Source of the DNA: Basidiobolus meristosporus CBS 931.73
Lineage: Eukaryota; Fungi; Basidiobolomycota
Reading direction: 5' to 3'
NCBI GenBank assembly: GCA_002104905.1
Contig: MCFE01000215.1
Coordinates: forward strand, 62,472-126,471
DNA: 64,000 nt
Shown here: piece after piece, positions 39,011 to 51,026 of the stretch
How the letters are laid out: each line of letters opens with the position of its first letter
Position numbering within the stretch: position 1 is the stretch's first letter
Notes under the pieces: model-generated
The model's database searches: none
Told to the model about the DNA's origin: nothing
The model's input: the letters and a program-made list of their open reading frames with translations, nothing else
Translations under genes and position numbers: made by a program

Positions 39011-39705
39011 GTTGTATAATGCAACATTGAGCCATGGATGCTAAGTAGCGCCATAGTGTGCCAAAGAGGCATATCCAACCTATACTTTAGCAAACAATGT
39101 GAAACACAGTTCTGCATCTTCATGCAAAGTAGCCCTTGTGTTTAATCCATTATGCTGGCAAAAATCCACTTTTTAATCTGTTTCTTGGGATCAGTGCTTA
39201 TGTCCATGTGTAAAAGCACCAAGGGTCTAAAGACATTCAACTGGTATTCAACACCCTTGGCACTCAGAATCTGACTGCTGGGGTTTATGCCATGTTGCAA
39301 ATATGCTTGATACTATCTTGGTCCACTGGTACTATCTGGTGCTATATTTAAGCATTATACCTAAAGTTAGAACCATATAAAGCACTTATAGTGCCAGACA
39401 GTGCCTGTAATAACTAAGTGACATATTACAAACCTCTGCAGCTAGATTCAGATTTCCATAGATATTGAGTACCAAATGCATGCTTACAGTTCTTCTGTGC
39501 TCAAGCACATCATGGACTGCATCAGTCTCAAAAAAAATGTTAACAAAAGGATTTTCTCCAGCACAGTAGACAAAACACAGGGGCTGCTGTACATAAAGAT
39601 GTAAAACTATGCTTTAAACTCTGTTGCCAAGTACAGGTCAACTTTGCCTTTTTGGGACACTATGGCACTATTTGTAACTAATGGCTCAATGTAGTACTGT
39701 CCAAC
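39011..39705. mobile_element. Foldback/palindromic element, copy 2, inserted in a copia
   Basis: Ends CATTGAGCCAT / ATGGCTCAATG; arms homologous to copy 1; copia sequence resumes after 39705. Confidence 0.7.
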
Positions 39706-42700
39706 AGAGCAAGTCTATGGTTTATCAACTCTGGAGCATCTCAGTACTGGGCATTTAGAGAGAACCTTTCACCCAATTTCAGAGATCTGAAGTAAAAAGG
39801 CTTTCCTGGGTAGTAATAGAACACATGACCAAGTTGTAGATGGTACTATCAAGGTAAATCTCAGAGTAGTAAAGGAAGCCTCATACCTACTTTTATAGAG
39901 GCTCTTTAAGTACCAGAAATAGCCAAGGACCTATTATCTGTGAGCAAGGCCACAAAAGAAGGAGTCAGTTTTGTTTGACCATTCTGAATGAAGGATCACA
40001 AATCATCACTGTGAGCTTGTTGCTTAGGGTATTTAGATCACAACCCCACAGGCTTACTTATGTTGCATCAATACAGGAAGCAAATATTAGTAACTTAAGT
40101 GAACACCAATGCTTTGGCCCAGGAAATTGGCAAGCATCAATTTTGATTATTTGCACAAAATGATCAAGGATCAGTGAATTTCTGGAGTAACCTCATTCCC
40201 ACAACTGGTTTAAAGCACTGAGAAGCCTGTATATATACTGTTGAAGAGCTGTGGGCCAATCAAACTCAGCAAAATTCTGATCTAATTTACTCAGTTTTGT
40301 GTGAACCTATGCTAAGAGTAAATTTACACAGAGTGAGGTATTTGGTTATGTTGGAAGATACTTATGCAAGTTACATGTAGGTGTACATCATTGGAAGAAA
40401 GGAAAAAGCTCTCTAATCTCAAGGATATCAAAGCCATGGTGGAGAGAGAAACTGGCAACAAATATCAAGAAAAAACACTATGATAGAGGTAGAGACAACA
40501 TATCAAAGCATTTGGGATAAAGTAAGAGACATCTGTTCCATGTTCCTCACTCCAGAATAGAGAGTCAAAGGTGCAACAGGATTAGAAACTGGCACAGCAA
40601 CCCCTGTGATCCATGAGCAGATATTATCCAATGATTCTGGGCAGAAACAGCTGCTACAGCGGTATATCTCAAAAGTAGGAGTTATAGCAGAGTACCTTGT
40701 GATTGTACTCTATTCTAGGCACTGCTTGAGCATAGATCAAGTGCAGAGCACCTATTTGTATTGGGATGCATAGCATATGCCAAGAGCCTGCCTAGAAATC
40801 AGTCAAGACTTGAACCAAAGAGTGTAAAGTGCATAGTTTGGGCTACTGCAACAAGAGTAAGGCATACAGTATCTACAATACCAGAGCAAAGAGGTTGATC
40901 AAATCAAAGATGAAGGGATGAATGAATGATCACATTTCTCATAATACATCTCATCAGACAATGACAAGATGTGGACCCTAATTTCACCAATAGTCAGGAT
41001 TGAACAAGAGTAAAACAGTGAGATTATTTCATTCCAGAGGACCCTGCCAAAGTGGCTCATCCTGAATTAGTGTTCAGGGACATTGAGAAGTGACTACTTT
41101 AGTACCGCAAGGCAGGAGATCCAAATGGATCAAAAATAGCCAAAATTGCTATATCATTGAGGGTTCTAGCTTAGCCTCTGCCTTGTTGGTATACATTAAT
41201 GAGCTCTAGTTTGTAAATGAGGCCCTTGATAGCCCTTGGACAATTTTTTGGAGATATGCATTGACTAAGGGGTAGCAGGCCCTGATAAAAATTCATACAT
41301 GGGACTTAGTCAGGTTGCCAATCAACCAGGAATTGCCTGGATCCAGAGAGGTGCTCAAGACAAGATACTAGGCTGATGGTATAATTGAGAGATATAAAGC
41401 AACACTTTTGGCCAAAGGATACTCTCAAATAAATGCTCTGGACTATGCTAAGACCTTTGCACTAGCTGCCATATTTGATTCCAGTGGACTATTATTGGCT
41501 GTTGCAGCCAAACATAGGCTTTCTATGCATCAAATGGATGAAAAAGCTGCATTTGCAAATGGATAAGTTGATGAGGATATGGATATGGATCAGCCAGATG
41601 GGTGGTTTGGCTAAGATAGCACCTATTTGATCTACAAGCCTAAAAAGTTGCCATATGGTCTCAAACAATCATTAGGAGCCTGGAAATGCAAGACAGATTT
41701 TTTTATGGTTTCTTTGAGGCTCTAAAGAAGTCCTGCTAGCTATATTAATGACTATAAGCCAGGCAGAGCAATTGCAGCTCTAGGAGCTGTATATGTGGAT
41801 CATCTTACTGAAGCCTCAAAAACCAAGAACCTTTGGAAGAGACTAGGTCCAGCCTGTCTAAGTACTTCAAAATGTCCAATCTAAGAGAGCTCAGATACTA
41901 TTTAATGGTAAGATTCATTACAGATGGAATTACCCAATCCATCAGCCTAAGCAAGTCAAGTATATTCAAGATATACTCAAGAAGTACCCAAGGACAACAG
42001 TGACCAGTAGTCACCCAAACAGAGACAATGCTTTACTTGATCAAAACTCAACCAAATGCCAGCCAGCATAATCAGAACTACGGATCTGAAAATACTGCAG
42101 TAGTTAAGTAGATTCTTGATACTTAAAAGGAACTACTAGTATTTGCGTAAGGTACACCTACAAAGACTAAGAATAGGATCTTGTGCAATATTCTGATGCA
42201 GACTGGGGGCAAAATTTAAAAAACAGAAGATCCACCACATGATACACATTTCTTTACTGTAAAGCAGCAGTGTCATGGTACTCAAGTGAGCCTTGAACTA
42301 TGGCACTTGCTGCCACAGAGGCAGAGTGTATGGTGGCATTTGAAGCTACAGAAGAAGCAATGTAGCTACAAGGGCTTTCCAAATACTCAGGCTTATGTCT
42401 AAAAGCCCCCATTACAATATTTCAGCATAATAAGCATATATAAAATTAGGTAGTAGTTCAACTTTTTATGCTCAAACTAAGCATATAGATAGTAGACATC
42501 ATGTGATATGTGAGGCCACAGCAAATTGGTTAGTTAGCTAAGTTTACTGTCCTACAGATGAAATGATTGCGGACATATTTGGCAAACCATTGGCCAGAGA
42601 TGAGCCTGAATATCTTAGATCACAATTGACACTGATTAATATTGATATCTTGTTCAGTGTGAGTATTGTGAAACTTTATGATTCAACCTAAACACTCACC

Positions 42701-45211
42701 TAACTAAGTCATTTAAATCATCCCCAAGAAATCCTACAGGTTACTGGCCAAATTGCCTGTTGGGCTTTATTCCAACTTCTTTGCCAAAACATCATCTACC
42801 CAGAACACAACAATTCTCAAAGTGGTCCAAACAGTCCCTGACTTTGCACATATGCTCTTGGGACCTTCCTAGGTATATTCTACATGTTTGTCTCACCAAG
42901 ACCATATAAATATACATGTACTACTTTGATATTGAATATATCATTAGATGAAAACCACATACTTTACTTGTTCTCCAAATCACTTCTGGTATCTCCAAAG
43001 CTCTTACATCAGGAAGCTCCCTGGCCATCACCATTGGCTACTCTGAGTATATTTAAGATGTACAGGATTTTTTGGGATACTGTGGTGTGGAGACTGGAAA
43101 CAAGATCTGGAAGATGGGAGATTCACTGTGGGATGCACCTTTCTTCATCACCAAGGAGGATTCTCATGAGATTCAAGAAAACAACCAGCTGCAGTACTTT
43201 CCATCACCATGGCAGAGTATATGGCTGCCTGCAAGGCTATGAAAGAAGCAATTTGGTTAGGAAAATTCAGTAGACTTAGGTTCTTGTCAAAAAAGACCCT
43301 ACCACTATATATTGAGATGCTCAAGGAAGTACCCAGTTGGTGGAAACCCAACTGTTCATGCTAGAACTGAACACACAGGTATTAGGCTTAGTTTCATCAA
43401 CTGAGCCATGAAGAATAGCTTTGGTAACCTAGTTTACTCTCCAACCAACAAAAGGATTGTGGCTATATTCACCAAACCATTGGCCGGAGACCATACAAAT
43501 ATCTAGTCGGGTGGGAGTGTGAAAAACTTGGTAACCACACCCAAATACTCCCTCAACTTGGTCACATAGATCATAGTCTACATGTCACTGAGAATTCTGC
43601 CCAATGGCATGAAGCAGGGGAAACCACTGGCCAAAGTGGCCGCTCACTTTTGCTTACCTGTCCGTGGTCCATCCAAGAAAGCACCTTCGCACACACATGG
43701 ACCACCAAACCCCTTGGACACCAGCACCCAAACAAAAAATGTGGGGTGCCACGGAAGGTGGTTTGCGAAGCGGCAGGCAACACGGAGATCTTGACGACTT
43801 ATGTGTGGAGAGAAATACCCTAGCCACCCTGTTGACAAGGAAAGCCGAGGAACCCCGTCGCCAGCCACCTGTCACTGAAGGTTGACCGCGTCGGTAGGAA
43901 AACGGTGCGGAGGTATGTAGGAGGCGCGACCGGTCGCCAGATATCCCGTGCCGTCCCTTACAGCAGTGCTCCCCAACGGGCCAGGCCCTCGGTTGCCAAC
44001 CAAGATAAAGGTCAGTTCTTGCATACGGGTGAGCTCTTGAGCGAGTGGTGGTGGCGGAATTTCCAGCGTTCACGTCCCCAACTGACTCAACAATCCGTTC
44101 CATCACCTCAGAAATCGGTCTCGATTGGTCGGCCCACTTGAAGTTCGAGGCCACCAATAACTCCAGGCGAATCCCATCCCACCAGTGAATAACTGAACCC
44201 TCCCCATCCGGTGACGTCATCATCCCAGCCCCCTTAGCAGTAAGTGTCCATCCAAATTCGAGATCTGGAAAGGCGATAATTTCTTCGGACCACCGCATGG
44301 CCCGAGCTAGCGGCGACCCTTCACCCAACCCACGCACCAGGGGAAGGTCGGTCGCCGCGAGAGGTTCAGCCGACCAGTACCCCGAACGCCCGCCACCTAG
44401 GAAGAGTTGGAAGCCAGGGTCCCAGACTTGACGGGGAATAGAGCCGGTGGAAGGGCGCTAAGCTTCCCCCTTTTTCACCTCTCCCATAACCTCGTTATCA
44501 CACGCGTCGGTGGTCCGATTGAAGTCTGGGGAGGTACGGTGGGAAGCAAATGCCGACCGTCACCACCCGCTCCGCGTTTACGGAGGTGGGCCGTCATGAA
44601 AGGTCCGCGCGTACCTCGAAAGCCGCGTCCTTTCGGACCGGAAGCCCCATGAAAGCGGGCCACCTGTATGACGAACCAAGACCGATCGGTTATTGACCAC
44701 CTGGTCCGCACGACCAATCCCTTCGAAAACTTTCGTACCTTTATGCCATACTCCGTGGGACCAGTGTCGACCTGAAGAAGTTCCCCCTCCCCCTCCACCT
44801 CCCTCACCACCAACCACCATATTTCAAATTTCTCCGGAGGCCTGACTACCTCGAGGTTCACCCCTCACGCGCGCCCAGATTCCTGACCGATGTGAGCTAT
44901 ATGTACAGACGACACGCAGGTTTATTTATCCGGAAGGTCGATAGGAAATGAATCGTGGAATACCCGGTAATCTAATTGCAACGGGGGGGGGCTCGATGGC
45001 GACACATGGTAGCCTTGGAACTTCAATAGGATTTCCACACCGTCACATAAACGATCTATTGGTGTAGGTGGGGTTGGGATTGGGATTGGGATTGGTAAGT
45101 GAAAGGGATATCAATATTGGTATGCGGGTAAGTATGCTGGAGGTGGACCCCAAGGGACCTGGGTATAGTGGTTATGTACGTGATGAATCCACGAAGGTGT
45201 CGGTACGGTCA

Positions 45212-46999
45212 TTACTCGGATTTGTCGGTGATGGGCTTGTAGGTCGGCTCCCACATGCTTTTCTCCACGTATTTCAGCAGCTCCTCCCATGCGGGTGTGC
45301 CCACCTTGCTGGACGAACCGGAGGGCAAGATGGAGAGGATTCTGGGATCCGTGGCGAGGTTCTCCTTGACTGCTTGGCGGCACACCGCGGCTGCTACCAC
45401 CGCGGAGACCTCCCGAATCCGCTCGATTCTGGGGTAAAGAAGGTGTGACTTTCGCTCGTCCTCCGTCAGCGAGTCGGCCAGTGCCGCGGCCGAGGCGTAG
45501 ATGATCGTGTCGGTGATGCGCGAGGGTCTGGAGAGGATGGCTCCGAGGCCAAGTCCTGGGAAGATGTACATGTTGTTGCCTTGGCCGGGGACATGCTCCT
45601 TCTTGTTCTCATCGACGTAGCGTGGGAAGGCAGTGCCTGACGCGAAGAGCACATTTCCATTGGTGTGGATCATGGCCTGTTCAAACGAGCATTCGGCTTG
45701 GGTGGCGGGATTCGAGAGGGGGAACACGATTGGTCTTTCGTTGATGTCCGCCAAGAGCTTCAACACCTCCGCGTCGAACACCCCGCCCTGCGAGCTGAGG
45801 CCGATCAGGGCGGTGGGCTTGACGTATTCGATCGTCTCCTTCAGGTCCTTGAGTTGACGGCCCTCGTTGTCGTCTCTGGCGAAGTACACCTTGTGCTGGG
45901 CAAGCTTGTCCCCTCTGTCCTGGGTCACAAGGCCCTTCGAGTCGTTCAGCCAGAAGAGCTTCTTGGCCTCCTCCTCGGTCATGCCGTGCTCCAGCACGAA
46001 GTAGTCCATGATCTGCTTGGCAACCCCCACCCCTGCCGACCCGGCCCCGAAGAAGAGCAGTCGATGCTGCTTGGCCGGGATCCCGACCTCCCTCACCGCA
46101 TTGATGAACCCGGCGAGGATGACCGCCCCGGTGCCCTGGATGTCGTCGTTGAAGCTGAGGTAGCGGTTGCGGTGACGCTCGAGGAGCTCGAATGCGTGCT
46201 CCGAGGAGAAGTCCTCGAACTGGATCAGCATCTTGGGGAAAGCCTTGTTCAACGTGGCCAGGACCGAGTCGACCGCCTTGTGGAACTCGTCCCCCTCCGG
46301 CCTCTTTCTGCGCAGTCCGAGGTAGAGCGGGTCGTCCAGGTTCTTCTGGTTGTTCGTGCCGAAGTCGAGGCAGATCGGAAGCGTTCTTCTGGGATCGAGG
46401 CCTGCCGCCGCCACGTACAGCTGCAACTTCCCGACTGGGATGCCCATGCCTCCAACCCCCAGATCGCCAAGTCCGAGGATGCGGGATCCGTCGGTGATGA
46501 CGGCAATATCCGGAGTGATGGAAGGGTCGGGGAGGGCGTTCTTGTAGTTCTCGATGAGTTGGTCGAGGACAGGGATGTCATCGATGGAGATGAACAAGCC
46601 GTCGAACGATCCGTTAGGGGCTAAGAATGGATAGATGTGGGAATAATTGGCGCAAGCGGTGCCAACGGTGGGGGTGTAGATGAGTGGCATCAACTCCTCG
46701 GGGGAATCCAGAACCATCCTGTAGAACAGGTTCGAGTTGGTGTTTCTCAGCCAGGCCAAGAAGATGTACTTCTCCAGGCCAGTTGTCTTGCCACGCAGTT
46801 GCTCGAATGCTCTCGATACCTGCTTGCCCATCGTCTCGAGGGCAGGAGGAAGAAGACCTCGCAACTGTCGGCTATCCCGCTCGGTAAGGGATGTGGCCGT
46901 TCCTTTGGCATAGAAGGGAGAGCGGATGTTGTAGGACATCCGTCTGCATTGGGTAGACCTAGCTAGTCGGGTGGATGCTAAACGTAATGCAGTGAACAT
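45212..46999 (-). CDS. Malic enzyme, probably NADP+-dependent, with mitochondrial presequence (595 aa)
   Basis: TDGSRILGLGDLG, QFEDF, FNDDIQGTG, GAGSAG, DSKG, PLSNP, GQGNN motifs. N-terminus MFTALRLASTRLARSTQCRR. Intronless; TATATA at 47061-47066. Confidence 0.93.
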   Translation of the reverse strand: MFTALRLASTRLARSTQCRRMSYNIRSPFYAKGTATSLTERDSRQLRGLLPPALETMGKQVSRAFEQLRGKTTGLEKYIFLAWLRNTNSNLFYRMVLDSPEELMPLIYTPTVGTACANYSHIYPFLAPNGSFDGLFISIDDIPVLDQLIENYKNALPDPSITPDIAVITDGSRILGLGDLGVGGMGIPVGKLQLYVAAAGLDPRRTLPICLDFGTNNQKNLDDPLYLGLRRKRPEGDEFHKAVDSVLATLNKAFPKMLIQFEDFSSEHAFELLERHRNRYLSFNDDIQGTGAVILAGFINAVREVGIPAKQHRLLFFGAGSAGVGVAKQIMDYFVLEHGMTEEEAKKLFWLNDSKGLVTQDRGDKLAQHKVYFARDDNEGRQLKDLKETIEYVKPTALIGLSSQGGVFDAEVLKLLADINERPIVFPLSNPATQAECSFEQAMIHTNGNVLFASGTAFPRYVDENKKEHVPGQGNNMYIFPGLGLGAILSRPSRITDTIIYASAAALADSLTEDERKSHLLYPRIERIREVSAVVAAAVCRQAVKENLATDPRILSILPSGSSSKVGTPAWEELLKYVEKSMWEPTYKPITDKSE

Positions 47000-47060
47000 G
47001 TGACAATCGAGGTAAATGAGATACCGTAGCAAGCAATGAGGGATTCGGAAGTGGTTGGAG

Positions 47061-47066
47061 TATATA
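47061..47066 (-). promoter_or_regulatory. Putative TATA box of malic enzyme 1
   Basis: TATATA ~60 nt upstream of the ATG at 46999. Confidence 0.5.
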
Positions 47067-50000
47067 TGTAATCGGCCAATGCCACATGGAGTGGTCAACA
47101 TGACTAACCCACCAGTCTAATCGTATCATGGTTACGAAAAGCCACATCTCTCGCGAAACATCAAGGGCAGCGTCAGGCCTTGATGTACCAACCCTAACAA
47201 TCCATTAATCATCACCACTTGCCTAATCTGGCCGGACGCCACCGAATCTTCGAATTGCGGGCGAACCATGCGATCCATCATTTGGTAAAGAGTTAGTGAG
47301 CAGCATTCGGTCGCATTCCCAGTCAATGAGCGGTCGCCATTGGAATCGAGCCTCGTAGGAATCAGCAATCTACATCACTAAACCAATAATTCATTGTGGA
47401 ACGAGACAAACTATAAGCCATCTCAGATTGCGTTGGCCCTGAAGATTATCAACGGCATTTGGCAAGTTATCGATTGGCGGCAGATCAATCAGTGGAGATG
47501 AGCACTTGCTGATGGTGATGCTCACGCAAGAGATGACTGCCGGTGGGCGCGAGGTCCCGTGCCTTGCCTAAGCACGACTTCTCCCTGGATGGCTGATGCT
47601 GTGTACCACATGGCAACGCTGATTATCTTGGGTCAGAAGTGCACTTGATGCAGCCGCACAAGTCCCTACCTCTCCGGAACCCCAACCAGCCCGAGCCTCC
47701 AAATCCTACCGGCATGGCGGCCAGGGACTCAAGCAGACCAACAATTCAGAGCGAGCGTTTCCCTGGGAATATCCCTTCCAGGCTGCAGAGGCGGTGGTGG
47801 TCGTGTTGCGACTCCGCTGCCAACCATGCAGACGTTGATAATCGCGGATGCTCATGCCCCCATCTGTAGATAACCAGGCATCCCAAAAGATATCGCAAGA
47901 TCATACCACTCCGTGTCCAAAATCAACCGCTGACCTAGGTGCTTCCCGACGCCACACATGTCTAGGTTGACTTCCCAGGGGCCAGCTGCAGGAGGCAGCC
48001 CGCCGGCGCCGCGGGTGGGGATTCTCGGAAACCAGCGGTTTGTTTGTTCAAGTCCCCGAAGCAGACATAAGAGCAACCATGGGACTCTCTCATTCACGAA
48101 TGCGTGGGACTCAGCATGTGTAGGAACTTCCCTGCCGCCACACCATTGGCGTGTCGGATTGCACACCCATTTGATCCCATGCTGGTTAAATGATGCGCAT
48201 GTAGGTGGGTAAGTCAGAATGCCATTATTGGCCATGAGAAATACCATAGGATGCAAATGGGCTACAGCGATGCACAAATGAAGAACGAGTCCCCCTGGTA
48301 CATTGTGCGCCGATTTCCAGTATCTGACGACACGGGAGGATTACGTTAATTACCTCTGGACACTCTGCTTGGACGAAGCATACCTTGAGGCGAGGCACTG
48401 TGTTCCCAGCGCCGTTCATTATCGGCTCCATCAACACTCGGGTGAAGCGTGGCTCTACTTAATGCCATCACCAATACCATTCGTCCAGCGTGCTCCGGAA
48501 ATCCCCGAGCAGACCCAGGCTTTGCGAGCCAATTAATTAGAGTTTCATTAGCAGTGGGGGTACAGCTGGCATTAGGCAGGATCGCACCTTCCTCTAGGAG
48601 AATTTTGTTTACAAATGGTACGTCGATCCGGATCCAGGTGGGCACCTCGATCTATCATGAGCTCGACTTACGGAACATGCACCGAGAGTAGAAAACGGAT
48701 GGGGATTCCCAACCGCTCCGAATCAATCCGTAGCGCAGGATGCAGGACGAGGGGAAACCGAAATTTCGGAATATGAAACCTCTCTACTGATCCGCCCCTT
48801 CCCACGAATGCACAAACCTCCTCAGAACTCAGATCCACGCCTCGGTGGCACTTTCCTCTAGAGTCTTGTCCCTCATCGCAGTCGACCCATCATGCCTAAC
48901 CAGCATGCGGAGGGCTCGCTTCCCACCAGCGGCTCTAGCACGACTTGCTGGAACCAACAAGGTTTGGCGCGTGAGCAAGATAGGCGATGCTGATTCGGTG
49001 CGGGGCCATCCGAGATAGGATCCCATTGCTATCAGGATTCCCACCTGGGGATGCATTTGGAATGATTGCGACAAAAGTGTGCTCTGCCATCCCAAGAAGG
49101 AATGCGACGGTGGGATTGCACAGTGGGACGATCTGGTGGGAGCAGGACGCAGCGTGTGCGGAGAAACCCACTGCTTGCGGGTGGAGCGCCTCCACCAGCT
49201 AGCTCCATGCCAACTGGAGGCCATTCCGGTTTCCAGCGCGGTGGCTGGATGACGGTTGTGCTGCTTGGAAAACGCGGGCGGGTGGCCAGCAAAACGGTTC
49301 GCTTATAGATTTCCCCTGAGCCACGACTATGGTCGCAATTGGAAAGTGTGGTAATGGAACCAAATATGGCAGTGGGTTAGAGGTGATTTGGGGTGGCGAC
49401 GAAATGTGTCAGGCTTGCCGCTGTCGACGCTGGCCAACCAGCGTCGCCCATTCCGTGTACCGGGTTGCACTATTGGGAATTTCAGCTGCGTGATATAGTT
49501 GGTGAGAGCATGGCTGCAGATGTTCGTGTGGGAAGCAATGGTGGGAGCCATAAGTGGCGATTGAGGGGCTGGTATTGCATATGGCGAGTGGAACTGTGGG
49601 GAAGGGCTGCTGCAATGCAGGACGAGCAGTTCGAGGTGGGACCACTTGCGAGAACCACGATCGATCTCGTTCTGTGCGGACACCCAGCCAGCCTTGACCA
49701 ATAAGTTCGTGGGCATGTCGAAAGGGGAAGAGCGCAATAGAGGGCACCCCGCTGCCGCATCATTTTGGGAATCGATGGTAGCATAGAGGGAATGAGGATC
49801 ATTAGCCTTGTTATACTAACAATTTGCTGCACCGCCTTTTTTTAGCATGCCACCGACGAAAATGCTCGATTTGTTTTGATCAGCCTATTGGATCACGCTG
49901 CTCATAGCTGATTCAATCACCTCTCTGCATTCTCCGCAAATGGTGCATGTACCAGACGGCGATTCCCGGAAACTCGCTGCACATTCATTCTGTTGGACTA

Positions 50001-50938
50001 GTCGCAGCTTCGTCGTCCGCTGGACGCGCTGCTGCAGCAGGATGGGCCCCTCCGCGAGACCTAAGCACCAGTGCCCCATCCTCCAAAGCCCTCTCCACAC
50101 CGCGCTCCCCTCATGGCTGGTGCTCGGAATGCTGCCCGTCCTCTGAGGATCCCCACTCTGGCTGATCAGCATGGATCGGTGGCGCCCGTGCTGGCTGTCT
50201 CTCTGAATTGAAGATTGGGTGATTGTCTGCCTTGGGCTAGAAGGGGATTTCGTCGTGGCGCCTAATTTAGACTCAATGGACGACCTCGGGGGATTCCGGA
50301 GGATGGCCTGCTGAAGGTAGTAACCGTTGGTTCCGTAAAATCTCGAGAGACGAGCCTAGCAGCAGGAATAAGAATATCTGGATTTTATTGGCTTGTGCGA
50401 CGTCCACTCCCCCATCGAGCAAACACCAGTTGCTCAACTTGAGATGAAGCTGCATGCCGTCATTCATCTCAGTAGAGCATTGATAGCTTGAATTAGATCT
50501 CCGTTTCTTGAAATAGAAATGCCAATCGAATCTAGTCTCCAGAATCACTGGAAAATCATGGACACGGCCATCACTGCTGTCGAGGTGGTAGACAGCTTCA
50601 TGCTTCCCTTCGTGAGGAGCCCCTCGCTCGCCCCCGACAGTGTGTTCCGCGTTGAAACCCAGGCCGAGTGGACAAGTGGAGCCGGCCAACTCTTGGAACC
50701 AGATTGGCCCACTGATGGGAAAAAGCCCCGATTTATGCCCACTCCATACACCAATACGTACCCTCTGCTGCACTGAATAAATCAATCCCTTCGCCAATAT
50801 AAACAAACGAGATACTGGTTCGGAAGCACGATATTTGCCCAGCTATGACAAATAATGTCCAATCAGGTTTCCCTTTTTGTGGCAATTCATGGATTTGTCA
50901 CCTGCTATCAATTTGGGTTGAGTCACTCCCGTACGAAG

Positions 50939-50945
50939 TATAAAA
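50939..50945 (+). promoter_or_regulatory. Putative TATA box of malic enzyme 2
   Basis: TATAAAA ~80 nt upstream of the ATG at 51027. Confidence 0.55.
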
Positions 50946-51026
50946 GCGGCCAGCCTCGGCCGCTGAACAACTCATCAGTTCGTCGACTGGATTGTATTCA
51001 GCAGTCTGCACCAAATCAAAAGCACT

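Larger units (their letters stand above)
36380..43590 (+). mobile_element. Cluster of old, degenerate copia copies (longest 38600-43010 with LTR ~42660-43010), interrupted by foldback elements
   Basis: Colinear nucleotide similarity to copia B across gag, integrase, RT, RNase H and LTR; no long ORFs. Confidence 0.8.

Noticed and set aside
45070-45095. (GGGATT)n repeat
   Set aside because: It is the reverse, not the complement, of TTAGGG; a short UTR microsatellite.
45665-46624. 319-aa antisense ORF (and the 284-aa ORF at 51444-52298)
   Set aside because: Shadow frames of GC3-rich malic enzyme codons; no recognisable motifs.
47000-47101. Longer N-terminus of malic enzyme 1 in the ORF track (629 aa)
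   Set aside because: That ATG lies upstream of the putative TATA box; the ATG at 46999 gives a coherent presequence.
47130-50900. Many short ORFs in the spacer between the malic enzymes
   Set aside because: They overlap on both strands, none exceeds ~180 aa, and no recognisable domain was seen.
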